Source: Octopus sinensis
Taxonomy: Eukaryota
Length of the DNA: 64,000 bases
Direction: 5' to 3'
Assembly (NCBI RefSeq): GCF_006345805.1
Contig: NW_021834405.1
Location: 5,663-69,662 of the forward strand
Under the pieces are notes generated by a model, which worked only from the letters and a program-made list of their open reading frames with translations, did not search any database and had not been told where the DNA came from. Position 1 is the first letter of the stretch, and every line of letters starts with the position of its first letter. The translations under genes were made by a program, and so were the position numbers. Below are positions 50,916 to 62,375 of this stretch, piece by piece.

Positions 50916-52053
50916 AAAGAAAAAGAGAGAGATTAGAAAAAGGAGAGAGAGTGATGGACAGGGTGAGAGAAGGATAGAGAGAGGTACATAAATATATTTG
51001 TATAATTTGTATGCCTATCGATGTACACGCACACACTCACACACACACATACATCTATATCTATATACGTGGATCAATAACACCAACTCTGGCTTAAACA
51101 AATGTGCATACTCATAAGAGTATTCATACACATACACACTCGTACACGCATTCATATACATACACACTCGTCCACACACGTATACGCACACACATGTATA
51201 CGTGGACACACACATACATATTTCGGGAGGTGTCTATGTTTAAGTGCTTGTGTATATCAACGGATGCCCTTGGTACTATAAATGACTTTCCATGTGTAAG
51301 TACTCGTATATGTGTCGAATAGTGTATATATATTTCGTTGACAGTGTCCCCCATCAGTATCATTTTGTGTATACGCGTGTGTGTATGTATGTGTATATTA
51401 TACATGAATGCATGTGTGTGAGTGTTACTGTTTAAACACAGAACTAAGCAATCATCGAAAGCTATCAATCACCAGAGACTCACATCAGTTCGCTCTCGGA
51501 CGTGATTTGATGGACAAACTCTCTGCAGGTATTGATGTTAATGGTGGTGGTGATGGTAAAGCTGTTGTTGTTTTTGTCGTAGTTATTGTTGTTGTTGTCG
51601 TTGTTGTTGTTGTTCTTGGTAGTGGTGATGGAAGTCTTTCGATCGACAGGGGCAATGGACGTGCAATAGGTGCAGGAGCGAGAGCTATTCTGACTAGCCG
51701 AAAAGCCAGCGTACCGTGACGGACCAAATTAACATCTCATTCAACGCTAACACCGACCAAAAGCTGATTGAGGAAATCACCAATCCGTGGAACCTGAAAG
51801 AATTTCATTCATTGTCTTGCCTTCCTTTTCTTCCTACCTACCTCTCTCTCTCTCACTTTATCTCTCCCTTTCTCTCTTTATCTCTCTCTCTCTTTCTCTC
51901 ACTCCCTCTCCACACACTCACACTATTTATTTCTCAATGTTTCTTTCCGTACATACTAATCCACACACCCTATCGCCCATTTCGCTCGTTTTCTCTCTCC
52001 CCAACACACACACACAGACACACAGACACACACAGACACACACACACACACAC

Positions 52054-52086
<33 letters not shown>

Positions 52087-52655
52087 GCACACACAAGCAC
52101 ACACACACACAAACACACACATACAGACGAATAAACCTACACAGGATCTGTCTCTACAGGCACCATACCACACTCATTTGCGCCCTATACACACACATAC
52201 ACACACTCACTCTCTCTCTTCCTCTCTCTACCTCTCTCGCTCTCTTCCTCTCTGTACCTCTCTCTTTATCACTGTACCTCTCTCTGTCTCTCTCCCTCCT
52301 CAATCCAGCCTCTTTACTCACTCACTCTCTTGCTGTCTTTCAGTATTTTTGTTTTTACACGAACTTCATTCATTCAATAAGTTCGTATAAATTCCTTTCC
52401 CTCCTCCTCCCCACCCCCGTCACTCCACCCTCCTCTCACCATCACTCTTTTCCTGTCTCCATTCGCAGTATGAGATACTGCATGTTTGTCCGTCCATCTA
52501 TCCGTCAGTCAGTCAGCCTGTCCGTCTGTCAGTTTGTCACTCTATCAGTCTGTCTGGATGCCTGTTTATTTCTTTACCGGTCTGTCTGTTTGTCTATCTA
52601 TCTGTTTGACAACGCATATTTTTTTCTGTCTTCATAATCATATATCTATATACGA

Positions 52656-53385
52656 GGAGGCACAATGGCCCAGTGGTTAGGGCAGCGGACTCGCGGTCGT
52701 AGGATCGCGGTTTCGATTCCCAGACCGGGCGTTGTGAGTGTTTATTGAGCGAAAACACCTAAAATTCCACGAGGCTCCGGCAGGGATGGTGGTGATCCCT
52801 GCTGTACTCTTAGCGCGCCGGGCGAAATGCTTAGCAGTATTTCGTCTGCCGTTACGTTCTGAGTTCAAATTCCGCCGAGGTCGACTTTGCCTTTCATCTT
52901 TTCGGGGTCGATTAAATAAGTACCAGTTACGCACTGGGGTCGATGTAATCGACTTAATCCGTTTGTCTGTCCTTGTTTGTCCCCTCTGTGTTTAGCCCCT
53001 TGTGGGTAGTAAAGAAATAGGTATTTCGTCTGTCGCTACGTTCTGAGTTCAAATTCCGCCGAGGTCGACTTTGCCTTTCATCCTTCAGGGTAGATTAAAT
53101 AAGTACCAGTTACGCACTGGGGGTCGATGTAATCGACTTAATCCGTTTGTCTGTCCTTGTTTGTCCCCTCTGTGTTTAGCCCCTTGTGGGTAGTAAAGAA
53201 ATAGGTATTTCGTCTGTCGCTACGTTCTGAGTTCAAATTCCGCCGAGGTCGACTTTGCCTTTCATCCTTACAGGGTAGATTAAATAAGTACCAGTTACGC
53301 ACTGGGGGTCGATGTAATCGACTTAATCCGTTTGTCTGTCCTTGTTTGTCCCCTCTGTGTTTAGCCCCTTGTGGGTAGTAAAGAA
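52656..53385 (+). mobile_element. SINE-C head (52656-52810) fused to a SINE-B tandem trimer
   Basis: SINE-B bodies at about 52811-53019, 53020-53202 and 53203-53385; units 2 and 3 are near-identical and both start GGTATTTCGTCTGTCGCTACG. Confidence 0.9.
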
Positions 53386-53604
53386 TGTAGGTATCTTAGG
53401 TTAGTGTCTTCAGCTATGGACTGTATCTGGAATTCAAAGGCTTACGTTTCTAATAGTCTCTGTGTCACGCTGATCTTGCCTCAGAATTGATGACATTGTG
53501 GATACAAATGTTTGTGGATTGTTCAGCAACATATTCTATAATTAAATAAGTAGCTTCTATTGTATAGATTGTCTCTGTGTGTATGTGTGTGTGTGTGTAT
53601 ATAT

Positions 53605-53718
53605 GTTCTTTTGTTCTTTTACTTGTTTCAATCATTTGACTGCGGCCATGCTGGAGCACCGCCTTTAGTCGAGCAAATCGACCCCCCCCAGGACTTATTC
53701 TTTGTAAGCCTAGTACTT
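53605..53718 (-). mobile_element. SINE-A 3' end
   Basis: Reverse complement of the SINE-A tail; abuts the truncated Tx1 3' UTR. Confidence 0.85.
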
Positions 53719-53719
53719 T

Positions 53720-55945
53720 AAATGACAATGATGATCTAAACGAATGAGACACAAAAACAATTACACACAATAATTTAACAAAATGAGGTTTTAATAACAG
53801 GTAAGCTCCGACCCCACAAGCCCTGGCTTCTCCACCGACACCTTGGTAATCCCTATGACGTACCCACGCAGGGCCTTTCACTTCCAACATACATGCTACA
53901 GGCATCCACCTTTTTTGGTACATACTCACTGACAGACACCTCCTTTCCAGCCTCACCTTCCTTTTCAGGTGAAAGGTGAAGACATTCACCAGAGCGAGGC
54001 CGGAGACGAAGCTGTCTGTCACAAAACCTTTCATTCTCGACTTCCATATCACCTCTCTCGCAATTGCTGCTACAACAAGAAAGCAATTCTTACCTTCTTC
54101 CGTAAGGAAATCCGGTGAGTTAACTTTTAGAATTGACTCAGACGATAGGTGTACTCTTCTTCCACCCGTCAACAGGTGTTCTGCATAAGTCCACACTTCT
54201 GACACACCTGGACACTGAACAATAGCGTGCAGGACGGTTTCCACGTCCCGCCCGCATCTTGGGGAGGCCGACGGCTCAAGATGGCCGTGTCTGGTGAGCT
54301 TATCCCGAACGGGTAGGGCTCCTCGGTAACATTGCCAGGCCAAAGACTTTTGGAAGTTATCCAGTGTCTTCGGCCCAAAAGTTCTTCGAAACAGGCTGTT
54401 TAACTGATTATCATCGAGACTCAGTGTCTTCCCCAGGACATCATCATTTCTAGCCTCTACCAACCTACTATAGAAAGCCGCGGTGGTACCGAAACCGCTG
54501 GCGTTGCTCGAGTTGCGGAACTGGAGAAGAGCCTTGCGGCACTCCGCGTGCCACGTACCAAACCTCGATCTTCGACGAAACCAATTTTCTTTACCACCAA
54601 AACTAGTAAAGCTGTGGAACATCCGTCTAGCGAGCGGAGACCACACCCGTTAACCATCCAGGTGGAGCCAGAGGTGCCTGAACCTCAGCGCATGTTTGCG
54701 CATCAACAGCTAAGGCATCCCTAACCCACCCTTTAAGGGCTTTTGACAGCAAATAGAATGTCTTACAAGTGGAGCGGAGGTCTTCCATAAAAAGCGGAAG
54801 ATTATCCTCTTCAACTTGCTCAACCACGAATCTGGACAAGGAACGACGGTTAGGCGGTAAACGATGACTGATGCGATAAACACATTGGCCATCTCCGCCC
54901 TTCCTTTGAAGGATATCCACCGCCAAGACCAGGTCTTGACTATGTGGGTCACCTTGCCCGATACCTCGGACTAGTTCTTTTCTATCTTGAGATCTGGGCC
55001 AAACCGGATTCCTAGTAACTTAACCGAGCCCTCCGTCCAGCGTCCCACGACACTATTCGAAGGCATCGACTTGCCCCTCCAGGTGCCGAGTTGAAAGCCG
55101 ACCGATTTTTCCCGGTTAATTTTTGCTTCTGCCACCGTCTCGTAAATCTTGATGGTTTCGCCTACTTTCTGTATGTGTTTGATCTTGGTCACTATGATAG
55201 TGATGCCGTCCGTGTACGCTGTAACCGATCCTCCACCTCCTGGATTCGTCGGAATGTCACTCAGCTTTCGCAGCAATGGCTCGACGGCCATTACGTACAA
55301 AAGCGGAGAGAGTGGACGCCCTTGGTAAACCGACCGCTTGATGCAGAACAGCTTGGAGAAAAAGCCGTTCACCCGAACGATCGAGTCGATGTTGTTGTAC
55401 AACTATATGATCCACCTGAGGAAACCAAGACGTAGTCCGAACTAGGCGAGCACAGAAACCAGGTAACGATGGTCTAACCAATCGAATGCTTTAGCTTGGT
55501 CTAGATGGACCAGTGACTCGCCCTTGCCAGAATCATCACCATATCCTTCTAAATTGTAGCGTATAAGATGAAGATTATCCTGGATGGTTCTGCCAGGGAC
55601 CGCACAGGTTGTGTCTCCCCGATCCGGCCATCCGCGACAGGCGTCAATCTTTTTGCTAGCACCTTGGCCAAAATCTTCATCTCTGCGTTCATCAGAGAGA
55701 TGGGCCTAAAATTATCTATACTACCCCCCTTGTCCGAGTTCTTCCTGACCAACGTTACCGCTCTCCGGCGCACAGATCTGGGAATCCACCCATTCTATGG
55801 CCAGTTCGCGTAAACGCTAGCCAGTACGTGCCCGAACAAATCTGGCATACTTTTATACAGCTCGTATGGTACATCATCGAGTCCCGCCGCCTTACCACCG
55901 TCGCAGTCCGCTATAGCCTCAATCACTTCCTCAGGTGTGCCCCAT
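53720..55945 (-). mobile_element. L1/Tx1-clade LINE ORF2 pseudogene (RT domain to C-terminal zinc-binding region)
   Basis: GKAAGLDDVPYELYK, DNFRPISLMNAEMKILAKVLAKRL, LDQAKAFD, SVYQGRPLSPLLY, TAYTDG (degenerate YADD), KLLGI, KGGLGMP, PRCGRDVETVLHAIVQC; several stops and frameshifts. Confidence 0.93.
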
Positions 55946-56342
55946 CCCACTTTCTCGCTACTGTGACAGATGATGGAAGAGGCAGCGAACGCACTATTTT
56001 CTGATTGGCTGAAAATTCTGACAATTATCAAACTTTGAAAACTTGTAACATTCTCGCAAAATTTTCTGAAATAAATGAATAACAAATTCGGATTCAGTGT
56101 CTAAAATCATATCTGTGTTATACATTAAAATTCTTTTTTAAAGATTTCGACATGCAGTGACGATAACCACAAAAATCCCAAGTCGATTACATCTACCCTC
56201 AGTGCTCAACTGGTACTTATTTTATCGGCCCTAAAACGATGAAAGGCAAAGTCGACCTCAGCGGAATTAGAACTCAGAACGTAAAAACGGACGAAATGTC
56301 GATAAGCATTTTGCCCGCTCACTTCTTAAAAATAACTAATAA

Positions 56343-56893
56343 ATGCCCTCATGCAGTACCAGGCAGTGGCTTTCGTGGCTTCTGATCTTAACTGATTGGA
56401 AGTGTTATCATGTACATTGATTTGTCTTGGTATAAAAGATGGGCTACAGCAAATATTCTGCTCAAGACCACAGATTTGTTTGTCAGTTGTTTGACCTTAA
56501 CCAGTTGAGCATGTCCCTAAGTCGCTGACGATATGTGCATCTCTGATCACGAGCAGAAATAGTTGGGGAGCATCATAGCCATGTGTTGAAGAGTATTCTT
56601 TGGGGTTTGGATTATTCACCTCTGGAAACATAGGTGTTTCGTTCAGCAACCTTAAAAAACCCTTATCCCCTTTTGAGTTGGATGGGCTACTCGACCAGAA
56701 GAAAACTCTTACTGGGCCCCACCTGCAAGGTCATGCGTTGTTTATCTTGATATGAGATCGCCATGTTGCGCATATATGGTTGTGATGCATGTGCCTAGTG
56801 TACCCTTATCAGACGGGTAGTCATGATGGGTCTACTGGGTTTCGTATATTTTACCCCAGTGTCACTTTGATGGCATGCACTGCTCTCTCACTT
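56343..56893 (+). mobile_element. Longest copy of non-coding (TAA)n-bounded repeat family G
   Basis: Starts ATGCCCTCATGCAGTACCAGGCAG, ends GGCATGCACTGCTCTCTCACT; homologs at 21754, 57521 and 58048. Confidence 0.8.
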
Positions 56894-56914
56894 AATGATG
56901 ATGATAATAATAAT

Positions 56915-57362
56915 AATCCTTTCTATTGAAAGCAAAAGGCCTGAAATTTCTGTGGAGGGGACTAGTCGATTACATGAACCCTAGTGCGTAACTGGTATTT
57001 ATTTCATCAACCCCGAAAGATGACAGGTAAAGTGAACCTCCGCAGAATTTGAACTCAAAACGTAAGGACGGACGAAATGCTGCTAAGCACTTTGCCCGGC
57101 TTGCTAACGATTCTGCCAGCTCGCCCCCTTACTACTACTACTCATAATCCTTTCAGTTATAGGCACAAGGTCTGAAATTTTAGTGAAGGAGACCAGTCGA
57201 TTATATCAACTCCAGTATGCAACTGGTACTTAATTTATCGACCCCGAAAGGATAAAAGGCAAAGTTCACCTCGGTGAAATTTGAACTCAGAACGTAAAGA
57301 CGGGCCAAATACCGCGAAACATTTTGCCCGGCGTGCTCACGATACTGCCAGTTCACCGTCCT
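56915..57362 (-). mobile_element. Two tandem SINE-B copies with tail B2
   Basis: About 56915-57130 and 57145-57362; further SINE-B pieces at 56165-56320 and 58658-58755. Confidence 0.82.
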
Positions 57363-57374
57363 TAATAATAGTAA

Positions 57375-57406
<32 letters not shown>

Positions 57407-57412
57407 ATAATA

Positions 57413-57486
<74 letters not shown>

Positions 57487-57520
57487 TAATAATAATAATG
57501 ATGATAATGATGATAATAAT

Positions 57521-57849
57521 AGATGCAGTACCAGGCAATTGCATCTCTGATCACGAGCAGAAATAGGGGAAAGCATCATAGCCATGTGCTGAGAGGAATT
57601 CTTGGAGTTCAACATCATTAAACAATCTTTATTCAGGGACCTTTTGAGCAGGAGGGGATATTCGACCTGAAGTAATTCTAACTGGCCCCCACCTAAAAGT
57701 CATGCGCTGTTTATCTTGATATGAGATCACTAGGTCGCGCACATAAGGTTGTGATACATGTGCCTGGTGTATCCTTATCTGACGGGTAATCATAATAGGT
57801 ATATTTGTACCCCAGTGTCACTTTGTTGGCATGCACTGCTCTCTCACTC

Positions 57850-57910
<61 letters not shown>

Positions 57911-57960
57911 TAATAGTTATAATAATAATAATAATATTAACAACAACAATAATAATAATG

Positions 57961-58027
<67 letters not shown>

Positions 58028-58377
58028 TGATAATGATGATAATAATAGATGCAGTACCAGGCAATTGCATCTCTGATCACGAGCAGAAATAGGGGAAAGC
58101 ATCATAGCCATGTGCTGAGAGGAATTCTTTGGAGTTCAACATCATTAAACAATCTTTATTCAGGGACCTTTTGAGCAGGAGGGGATATTCGACCTGAAGT
58201 AAATTCTAACTGGCCCCCACCTAAAAGTCATGCGCTGTTTATCTTGATATGAGATCACTAGGTCGCGCACATAAGGTTGTGATACATGTGCCTGGTGTAT
58301 CCTTATCTGACGGGTAATCATAATAGGTATATTTGTACCCCAGTGTCACTTTGTTGGCATGCACTGCTCTCTCACTC

Positions 58378-58438
<61 letters not shown>

Positions 58439-58491
58439 TAATAGTTATAATAATAATAATAATAATGTTAACAACAACAACAATAATAATG

Positions 58492-58536
<45 letters not shown>

Positions 58537-58560
58537 TTAACAACAACAATAATAATAATA
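57521..58560 (+). repeat. Tandem duplication (about 527-bp period) of a deleted family-G copy plus (TAA)n tract
   Basis: 57521-57850 and 58048-58377 are nearly identical, including the deletion junction CCAGGCAATTGCATCTCTG and the variant pattern of the following TAA tract. Confidence 0.9.
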
Positions 58561-58561
58561 G

Positions 58562-58635
<74 letters not shown>

Positions 58636-58859
58636 GTGATGATGGTGATGATGATGCTAATCTTTTCAGTTATAGGCACAAGGCCTGAAAGTTTGGGGGA
58701 GGAGTAAGTCGATTACATCAACCCCAGTGTTTCACTGGTATTGAATTTATCAACCGAACCATAGGATGTCTTCTGTGATTAGTTGGATCCACCAGCGATC
58801 CACCAGAAAGACGATGCCGTTAAAATGCAAGACGTGACAGAAGTTACAAGGGCTTGGCT

Positions 58860-59080
58860 GGGAAGTTTTGTAACACTCTGCATATCCGCCCGACTTTGTT
58901 CCTTCAGACCTGATTCAGTCTCTTAAAAATTCATTGAATTGACAGACCTTCAACTCGGAAGAGGATGTAAGAATTTATCTGGAAGAGTTTTACGCCTTTA
59001 AAGATAGGAAATTCTTTGAGTAGAGAAATATTGAATCTTCCTGCAAGCTGGCTTTAGATGCTACAAGGAAATGGTAACTA
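58860..59080 (+). mobile_element. Old mariner transposase C-terminal remnant
   Basis: GWEVL*HSAYPPDFVPSD...TFNSEEDV...LPASWL*MLQGNGNY, matching the mariner YSPDLAPSD region. Confidence 0.72.
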
Positions 59081-62000
59081 CACTGAACCGCAAAAGAAAC
59101 GCGACGTTTTCAAGTGTCAATTTTATATGGTAAATTCTGAAAATTTATTTTGGGGATGTAAGGGTATAAATATCCCAAGACATGCTGGTTTATGGCTGAG
59201 ACCCAAATTGCAGGCAACCTTTCTACTTTCCTTGAAACGAGACGCCAAAACGCAGCTGCGTCGAATACCGTTGGTGGCAGTCGCAAATAATTGTCATGAA
59301 AACCGAAATGCACATGCATCTTATGCAGGTTATGGGTATAAAAATCAACTTGAACTGTGTTCCTGGCATTCGTAATTTCTCCGCATAATCGTTGGTTGTC
59401 TTTTTTTACGAAAGAGTAGTGAAAATTGTGTAAAATTGTAAAAATTGCGAAAATTGTGTTCTATTTCGTTGATTGTATTTTTGAACATTCGTATTGCTGG
59501 TCTACAGCTGAATTGTTTTGGGCTGCTTCCTTTTGTAGAGAGCTGCGTAGATATGTCCAATACTGATTGTATGAGCTCGTTTGAGTATTCCTCCTCAGGA
59601 GAGGAACTCCTAAAAGCCCTTGATAATATCGATAAGATGGACTTTGCAAAGGCTACTAAATGCAGCCAGAAAAATATCGATTTTAAACAAGTTGGAAGAT
59701 TCAATGATTTGTTAAAAATGGATGAAAGTAATGTTAGTGTAACCCCCCACCCAGGAAGTAATGCTGAATCAGAAGGAAATATTGATTATATTTCGAACTC
59801 TTTCGGCAGAGAGCCAACCCCCCCCCCGAAATTTTGTCTCAAAGCCAAATTGAAATGGCATTAAAGCCCATATGGAGCGATATAGTACACATTAACAGAG
59901 GCAGGAAGTACTGTGCGATAGAAGGTGAGGTTCAGAGATGCAGCAACCGCCAGGCTGCACTTTCAAAACCCACTAAAATCGAAGGAGGCAATGCTCCTAC
60001 TCGCCTACCTGGGAAGGCGAACCTCCAGAGTGAAGGTGGAGGACATACCTCCAGAAATAAATGCAACCTGGCTGGTGGACGCAATCTTGTTGGGCTTGGA
60101 GGAGGAAGTGGTGGTCCTCCAAGCCATGTACACGGACTATAGGAACTGGCAGGAGCAAGGGCTTGAGTTATTGATTCAGGCCACCCTAGTGGTCCTCGAA
60201 AAAATTATAGAAACAATAACTGTAGTGTTGAAGGTGAATGTGGAGGGCAGAATCCCCAGTTGTTACCAATGTGGCAGGATCTCCAGGTGTTACCAATGTG
60301 GCCAAAAGGCCTACATTAGGGATGACTGCCCTTCACCACCCGCTGACAAAAAGAAAACCGCACATTCGCCTCCACCAGAAATTATCTCAGAGGAACAAGA
60401 AGAATGGAAAAAAGAAAAAAGTAAAAGAAATAAGGACACAAACTGGCAGTGATGAGTCCCACCCCACGCCCACCCAGTGCCCACCGAAGCCCACTTTGTT
60501 TCACACCTTTCCCTTGCAACCACCGACCCCCTTACCCCGGCCTACAAAAAACTTACACACACTCACTGGTGTCCCAAGACTCCCAGACCCTCCCCATAAA
60601 ATATAAAAAAAGATGACAAAGGAACCAAAGTATTAATCTTCTATGATCTAATCGACAAACAATTGGTAGCTGAAATAAAGACGTTGGAAAGTATGTGAAT
60701 GATGCTTGCTTGCCACAAAATCCCCTCGCATTTGGGATCCGCAATCATAGACATTACAGATAAAAGTGAAACCCTGCGAAATTAAAATAGAAAAAGACTT
60801 ACCACACATGATAAGTGCAGAAAATTTATATTCAAAATTTTACATCAATTTTGCAGACTTTCTTAAAAAGTAATCAAAAGTGAAATGATGGGCCGAGTGT
60901 CATCATTACATCTTTCATTTTTTCATTGCATTCTTTCACCCGTTTTTTCTTACCCACATGTTTGTATTGTTTTGTATTGTCCCATCTATGTTTAGCCCCT
61001 TTGTGGGTAATAAAGAAATCATTCGTAATTAGGACGCATCAGGTAGGACCTGATTGTCGGCAGCGCAGAGAGAACAAGCTATCGGCCGATTGCAAGCAGG
61101 GCAGCGTGTCCAAGTTGTTGCGAAAGCTTACAATGTTCATGTCAGCACCATCTATCACCTGCAACAACACCAACAGCACTGCAGACCATGCCCGCAGAGT
61201 GCGCCCCCCCCCCGGGTGACTATGCCCAGGCAGGACCGCTTCATCCACCTGCAACACCTCCGTAATCCTTCAGACCGGCCAGCGAGACCATTGACACTGG
61301 ACAGCGACGACACGGTACGACGTCGACTGGCCGCCAACAACCTGCGTTGCCGTTGTCTTGCTCGAAGGCCTGTCCCCGCCGCCCGCCACCGTCATATACG
61401 ACTACAGTAGGCTATACAGCATCGACATTAGCGGCATCAACAATGGAGGTCGATAGTCTTCTCTGACGAGAGCCGGTACTGCGTTTCCACCTCGGATGGC
61501 AGAGTGAGAGTGTGGCGTAAGAGGGGTGAACGCTACAGAGGCACATGTGTCATAGAGAGTGACGCGTAGGTGGCCAAATCATCATGGTTTGGGGTGCTAT
61601 GGGCCTGAATCAGAGAACTGGGCACCATGTGTCCCAAAATCATGGTGCCGGCAGAGGGAATGGCATCACTGGGCTGCGTTAACCAGATCCTCAGACCCCA
61701 CACCGTGCCCTTCTTTGCACGTCACGATAGCCATGTCTTCCAGCAGGACAATGCTCCCTCCCACACGGCTAAGGTCACCATAGCCTTCCTGCGTCTGCAC
61801 AAGTTCAGAACCATGCCATAGCCGGCTCTCAGCCCGAATTTGAACTCAATTGAATACCTGTGGGATGAAATCCAGAGATGGCTGAACCAGGCGGTTCTAA
61901 GGCCAACAATTCATGTGGAAGTAGAGGAATCTTTCCTCAGGGTGTGGGCACAGGTGCCAATGGCTTTTGTGAACTGCTTTATGCACTCCATGTACGCAAT

Positions 62001-62167
62001 GGTGTATGGCTGTTTTGAACACCCAGGAGAGCATACACGGTATTGAACACGTCACGTGCTACAATCTCGGTGTGCTGTATCCGCCCACTACCAGAACACA
62101 TGACAACGACCCATAAACTGTGGTCAAAGTGCATCCAAGAAATTGATTTTATCAGATTTATCAAAAT
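59081..62167 (+). mobile_element. Tc1-family transposon (left end 59081-59377; transposase pseudogene about 61050-62046), split by a 1.64-kb insertion; right TIR not found
   Basis: TA|CACTGAACCGCAAAAGAAACGC TIR-like start; QREQAIGRLQAG...YNVHVSTI, IVFSDESRY...DGRVRVWRKRGER, IMVWGA, FQQDNAPSHTA, PALSPNLNSIEYLWD, GEHTRY*. Confidence 0.85.
59378..61019 (+). mobile_element. ORF1-only (HAL1-like) non-autonomous non-LTR retroelement, frameshifted ORF from about 59553
   Basis: 11-bp direct repeat CATTCGTAATT at 59367-59377 and 61020-61030; L1/Tx1 ORF1-like peptide with V.VEGR..CYQCGQKAYIRDDCP knuckle; no APE or RT motifs seen; 3' end TTTAGCCCCTTTGTGGGTAATAAAGAAAT. Confidence 0.75.
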
Positions 62168-62375
62168 TTCTCTCACTCTTTCTTCCTGTTTCTTGTCCTC
62201 GATTTCCTACGCAAACACTGAGCCTGGATGCGCATTCATCCATCCGTCGATGCTGTCGGTGTCGGGGGTTGATCTGCTTTCTCTTCTGCGAGTCTTACGA
62301 ATAGCAAAGGACCACGTTTCGGACTTCTCCCATCTTGCGAGCTCTGGGACGAAGACCGTTCGCTCAACAGCAACG
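62168..62375 (+). mobile_element. SINE-C tail C1 without head
   Basis: Matches 6372-6570 and the reverse complement of 37670-37865. Confidence 0.85.

Noticed and set aside
51655-51672. miR-92-like seed TATTGCAC on the minus strand
   Set aside because: Only the seed matches and no precursor hairpin is evident.
53465-54646. 393-aa ORF as a host gene
   Set aside because: It is the C-terminal part of a Tx1/L1 ORF2 running on into SINE-A; the upstream RT has stops and a broken YADD motif.
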